Source: Bibersteinia trehalosi (GTDB lineage: Bacteria > Pseudomonadota > Gammaproteobacteria > Enterobacterales > Pasteurellaceae). Taken from it: a stretch of 64,000 bases of DNA. The notes beneath the pieces were generated by a model. The model searched no databases, was not told where the DNA came from, and was given only the letters and a program-made list of their open reading frames with translations. The position numbers and the translations under genes are program-made. Positions within the stretch are counted from its first letter, which is position 1; every line of letters starts with the position of its first letter. The stretch lies in contig NZ_SMAM01000006.1 of NCBI RefSeq assembly GCF_004346205.1, positions 38,839 to 102,838 of the forward strand. Direction: 5' to 3'. Below, one piece after another: positions 61,506 to 64,000 of the stretch.

Positions 61506-62963
61506 ATGGAAAGAGTAAATAAAGTATTAAAAAGCGGTTTGGCTTTTGCCGCAATGTTAGGTTTCTGGCAGACATCTATTGCTGCACCGCAGCCAACAGA
61601 ACTAGAAGGTGCAAAACCTGATTTAAAAATTGAATCTGCAAATCATAAATTTGCAGAAAAATATCCTCTTCAATACAACTCATGGAAAGCGACTTCAGAA
61701 TCAACAGCACGTGATAGCATGTTAGAAGAAGATCCGCGTTTAGTTGTTCTTTGGGGCGGCTATGCTTTCTCTAAAGATTACAATAAACCTCGTGGTCACT
61801 TTTATGCGGTTACAGACGTACGTGAAATTTTACGTACAGGCGCACCTAAAGATGAAAATGGTGGCCCTCAGCCAATGGCATGCTGGACATGTAAAGGTCC
61901 TGATGTAGCGCGTATGATTGCAGAAAAAGGTGAAGAAGGATACTTCGATGCTAAATGGGCAAAATATGGTGCCGAAATGGTGAACTCAATTGGCTGTGCA
62001 GACTGCCATGATACTACCTCTAAAGAGTTTGAAGAAGGTAAAGCTGCATTGCGTGTTGCTCGCCCACATGTTTTACGTGCATTAGAATCTATCGGTTGGA
62101 AATTCGATACCCTTGAAAAACATGGCCAGCGCGCTGCTGTATGTGCAAACTGCCATGTAGAGTATTATTTTAGAGGGGATAAAAAAGTCGTCACCTTCCC
62201 TTGGGATAAAGGCATCGATATTGATAGTATGGAAAAATACTATGATGAAGCCGGTTTTACAGATTGGGTTCACTCAATGTCTAAAGCACCAATGTTAAAA
62301 GCGCAGCACCCAGATTTCGAAACTTGGGCGATGGATACGCATGGTCAAAATGGCGTGACTTGTATCGACTGCCATATGCCAAAAGTAGAAACAAAAGATG
62401 GCAAAGTTTATACCGACCATAAAATTGGTAATCCATTTGATAACTTTGAGCACACTTGCAAAACCTGTCATGAGCAAAGTAAAGAGACTTTACAAGCACG
62501 CGTGAAAGAGAGCAAAAAACAGATCAAAGATGCAATGTTGAAATTAGAAGATCAATTAGTTAAAGCGCACTTTGAGGCGAAAGCAGCTTGGGATGCAGGT
62601 GCCGCTGAAGACGAGATGAAACAAGCACTTACTGCAATTCGCCACGCTCAATGGCGTTGGGATATGTCCGCAGCAGGTCATGGTGGACATATGCATGCAC
62701 CAAAAGTGGTTTTACATATGATCGCAACAGGTATGGATAGAGCGGCAGATGCTCGAGCAGCATTGGCTGGTGTACTTGTGAAACACGGTGTAGAGACACC
62801 AGTTCAGGTGCCAGATATTTCTACCAAAGAAAAAGCTCAAAAAGTCATGGGCATTGACTTTGATGGTGAAAAAGCAGCTAAAGACGAATTCTTGCGCACA
62901 GTCGTTCCACAATGGGAAGAAGAAGCGAAGAAAAAAGGTTTACTCCCTGCGGATAATCAGTAA
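61506..62963 (+). CDS. nrfA: cytochrome c552 nitrite reductase NrfA
   Basis: Signal peptide; CWTCK (CxxCK haem 1) and four CxxCH motifs. Start at ATG after GGGGG RBS. Confidence 0.92.
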   Translation: MERVNKVLKSGLAFAAMLGFWQTSIAAPQPTELEGAKPDLKIESANHKFAEKYPLQYNSWKATSESTARDSMLEEDPRLVVLWGGYAFSKDYNKPRGHFYAVTDVREILRTGAPKDENGGPQPMACWTCKGPDVARMIAEKGEEGYFDAKWAKYGAEMVNSIGCADCHDTTSKEFEEGKAALRVARPHVLRALESIGWKFDTLEKHGQRAAVCANCHVEYYFRGDKKVVTFPWDKGIDIDSMEKYYDEAGFTDWVHSMSKAPMLKAQHPDFETWAMDTHGQNGVTCIDCHMPKVETKDGKVYTDHKIGNPFDNFEHTCKTCHEQSKETLQARVKESKKQIKDAMLKLEDQLVKAHFEAKAAWDAGAAEDEMKQALTAIRHAQWRWDMSAAGHGGHMHAPKVVLHMIATGMDRAADARAALAGVLVKHGVETPVQVPDISTKEKAQKVMGIDFDGEKAAKDEFLRTVVPQWEEEAKKKGLLPADNQ

Positions 62964-62981
62964 TCCGATAAGGAGAACAAT

Positions 62982-63629
62982 ATGAAAGTGATTATTTCAA
63001 AATTAGGGCGGTTTGCCGCCCTGCAAGCGGTCGCTTTTGCAGGATTATTTGCAATAGCTACTGCGAATGCGCAAGAAGGAAGTTTTCCTGCTCAGCCTAA
63101 ACCGTTGTGGGCGGAAACGGCATCAGATGCACAAATTGCTAAAGATGCACGCCGCGACCCAAATAAATATTGTGTTGATTGCCATGGTCATTTATCTGCA
63201 TTTGAACATGCGGGTAAACACTTTCAACACGGTACGAAAAGCCCAAATACTGGGGAACAGTTAAACTGCACATCTTGTCACGGTAATATTTCCGAAAATC
63301 ATCGTAAAGGTGTAAAAGATGTAATGCGTTTTAATGTGCATGGTCAGGCAAAAAATCCAGCACTCGAACGTTCACCACAAGAACAAAATGCGGTTTGTTT
63401 TGCTTGCCATAATCCAGACAAGCTTCGTGAGACATTCTGGGCACATGATGTACATGCACCAAAAATCGCATGTGTAAACTGCCATAAATTGCACCCAGAA
63501 AGTGAGCCAATGAAGGCTAGCGAACCTAAACAGCGCATTAAACTTTGTGTAGATTGTCATACCAAAGTGCATCAAGGTGAATTTAAGAAAGTATTAGCAG
63601 GTTCAGAAGGAACTAAGGAGACAAAATGA
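62982..63629 (+). CDS. nrfB: pentahaem cytochrome c NrfB
   Basis: 215 aa; five CxxCH motifs; signal peptide. Confidence 0.88.
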   Translation: MKVIISKLGRFAALQAVAFAGLFAIATANAQEGSFPAQPKPLWAETASDAQIAKDARRDPNKYCVDCHGHLSAFEHAGKHFQHGTKSPNTGEQLNCTSCHGNISENHRKGVKDVMRFNVHGQAKNPALERSPQEQNAVCFACHNPDKLRETFWAHDVHAPKIACVNCHKLHPESEPMKASEPKQRIKLCVDCHTKVHQGEFKKVLAGSEGTKETK

Positions 63630-64000
63630 GTTGCTCCCGCCGTGATTTCGTCTCAGGGGCAGGAGCGCTGATTGCGGTGGCAGGTACAACAGGACTTGCT
63701 ACCAGCTCTCTCGGGCTTGCTGCTGAAACAGAACAAAAAACGATTCGCTATGCGATGGTACATGATGAGCAAATCTGTATTGGTTGTACGGCTTGTATGG
63801 ATGCTTGCCGTGAAACCAACAATGTGCCAGAAGGCGTTGCTCGTTTGGAGATGATTAAAAGTGCGCCAAAAGGCGAATTTCCTAACGTACGTTACGATTT
63901 CTTCCGCCAATCTTGCCAACATTGTACCAATGCTCCATGTGTTAGTGTTTGCCCGACTGGGGCATCTTATATCGATATTACTAATGGTATTGTAGATGTA
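63626..64000 (+). CDS. nrfC: NrfC 4Fe-4S ferredoxin-type subunit, 3'-truncated by the window edge
   Basis: Tat signal SRRDFVSG; CIGCTAC and CxxCxxAPC...CP clusters; ATGA overlap with nrfB stop. Confidence 0.85.
   Translation, partial: MSCSRRDFVSGAGALIAVAGTTGLATSSLGLAAETEQKTIRYAMVHDEQICIGCTACMDACRETNNVPEGVARLEMIKSAPKGEFPNVRYDFFRQSCQHCTNAPCVSVCPTGASYIDITNGIVDV

Overview
Pasteurellaceae chromosomal window. The Apl-type uptake signal sequence ACAAGCGGT/ACCGCTTGT recurs throughout, which points to the Actinobacillus/Mannheimia clade. Conserved E. coli-like gene order runs all the way along it (rapA, cysK, yceD-rpmF-plsX, dapD, aroQ-accBC, dnaQ-tRNA-Asp, fmt-rsmB-trkA, ftsN, tRNA-Gly, nrfABC), with three accessory blocks inserted. 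(1) An ABC-transporter-dependent (group II) capsule locus: export genes kpsT/M/E/D-like on the minus strand at 9.4-13.2 kb, divergent from a visibly AT-rich serotype-specific biosynthesis region at 13.3-20.6 kb. That region encodes teichoic-acid-like chemistry: two CDP-glycerol glycerophosphotransferase homologues (one a 1137-aa TPR+TagF+GT4 polymerase), a TagD-like cytidylyltransferase, a LicD-like phosphotransferase and an alpha/beta-hydrolase. A 1503-aa S6 serine-protease autotransporter follows. (2) A heavy-metal module next to znuA: a 53-aa, 12-cysteine metallothionein-like gene (too short for the ORF track), transcribed from a textbook MerR-type promoter (TTGACC-N19-TATGAT with a dyad in the spacer), divergent from a MerR-family regulator. 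(3) An HvfABC-like RiPP cluster: DoxX, a precursor with a signal peptide and 8 EGKCG motifs, a DUF692 enzyme and a DUF2063 partner, then an ECF sigma / zf-HC2 anti-sigma pair. Other features: TusA-YeeE thiosulfate uptake pair, TAXI-TRAP transporter, Dcu carrier, PTS EIIBC behind tandem palindromic operators, two tRNAs, and several rho-independent terminators including inverted USS pairs. Coordinates of hand-derived (non-track) features are +/-2 nt.
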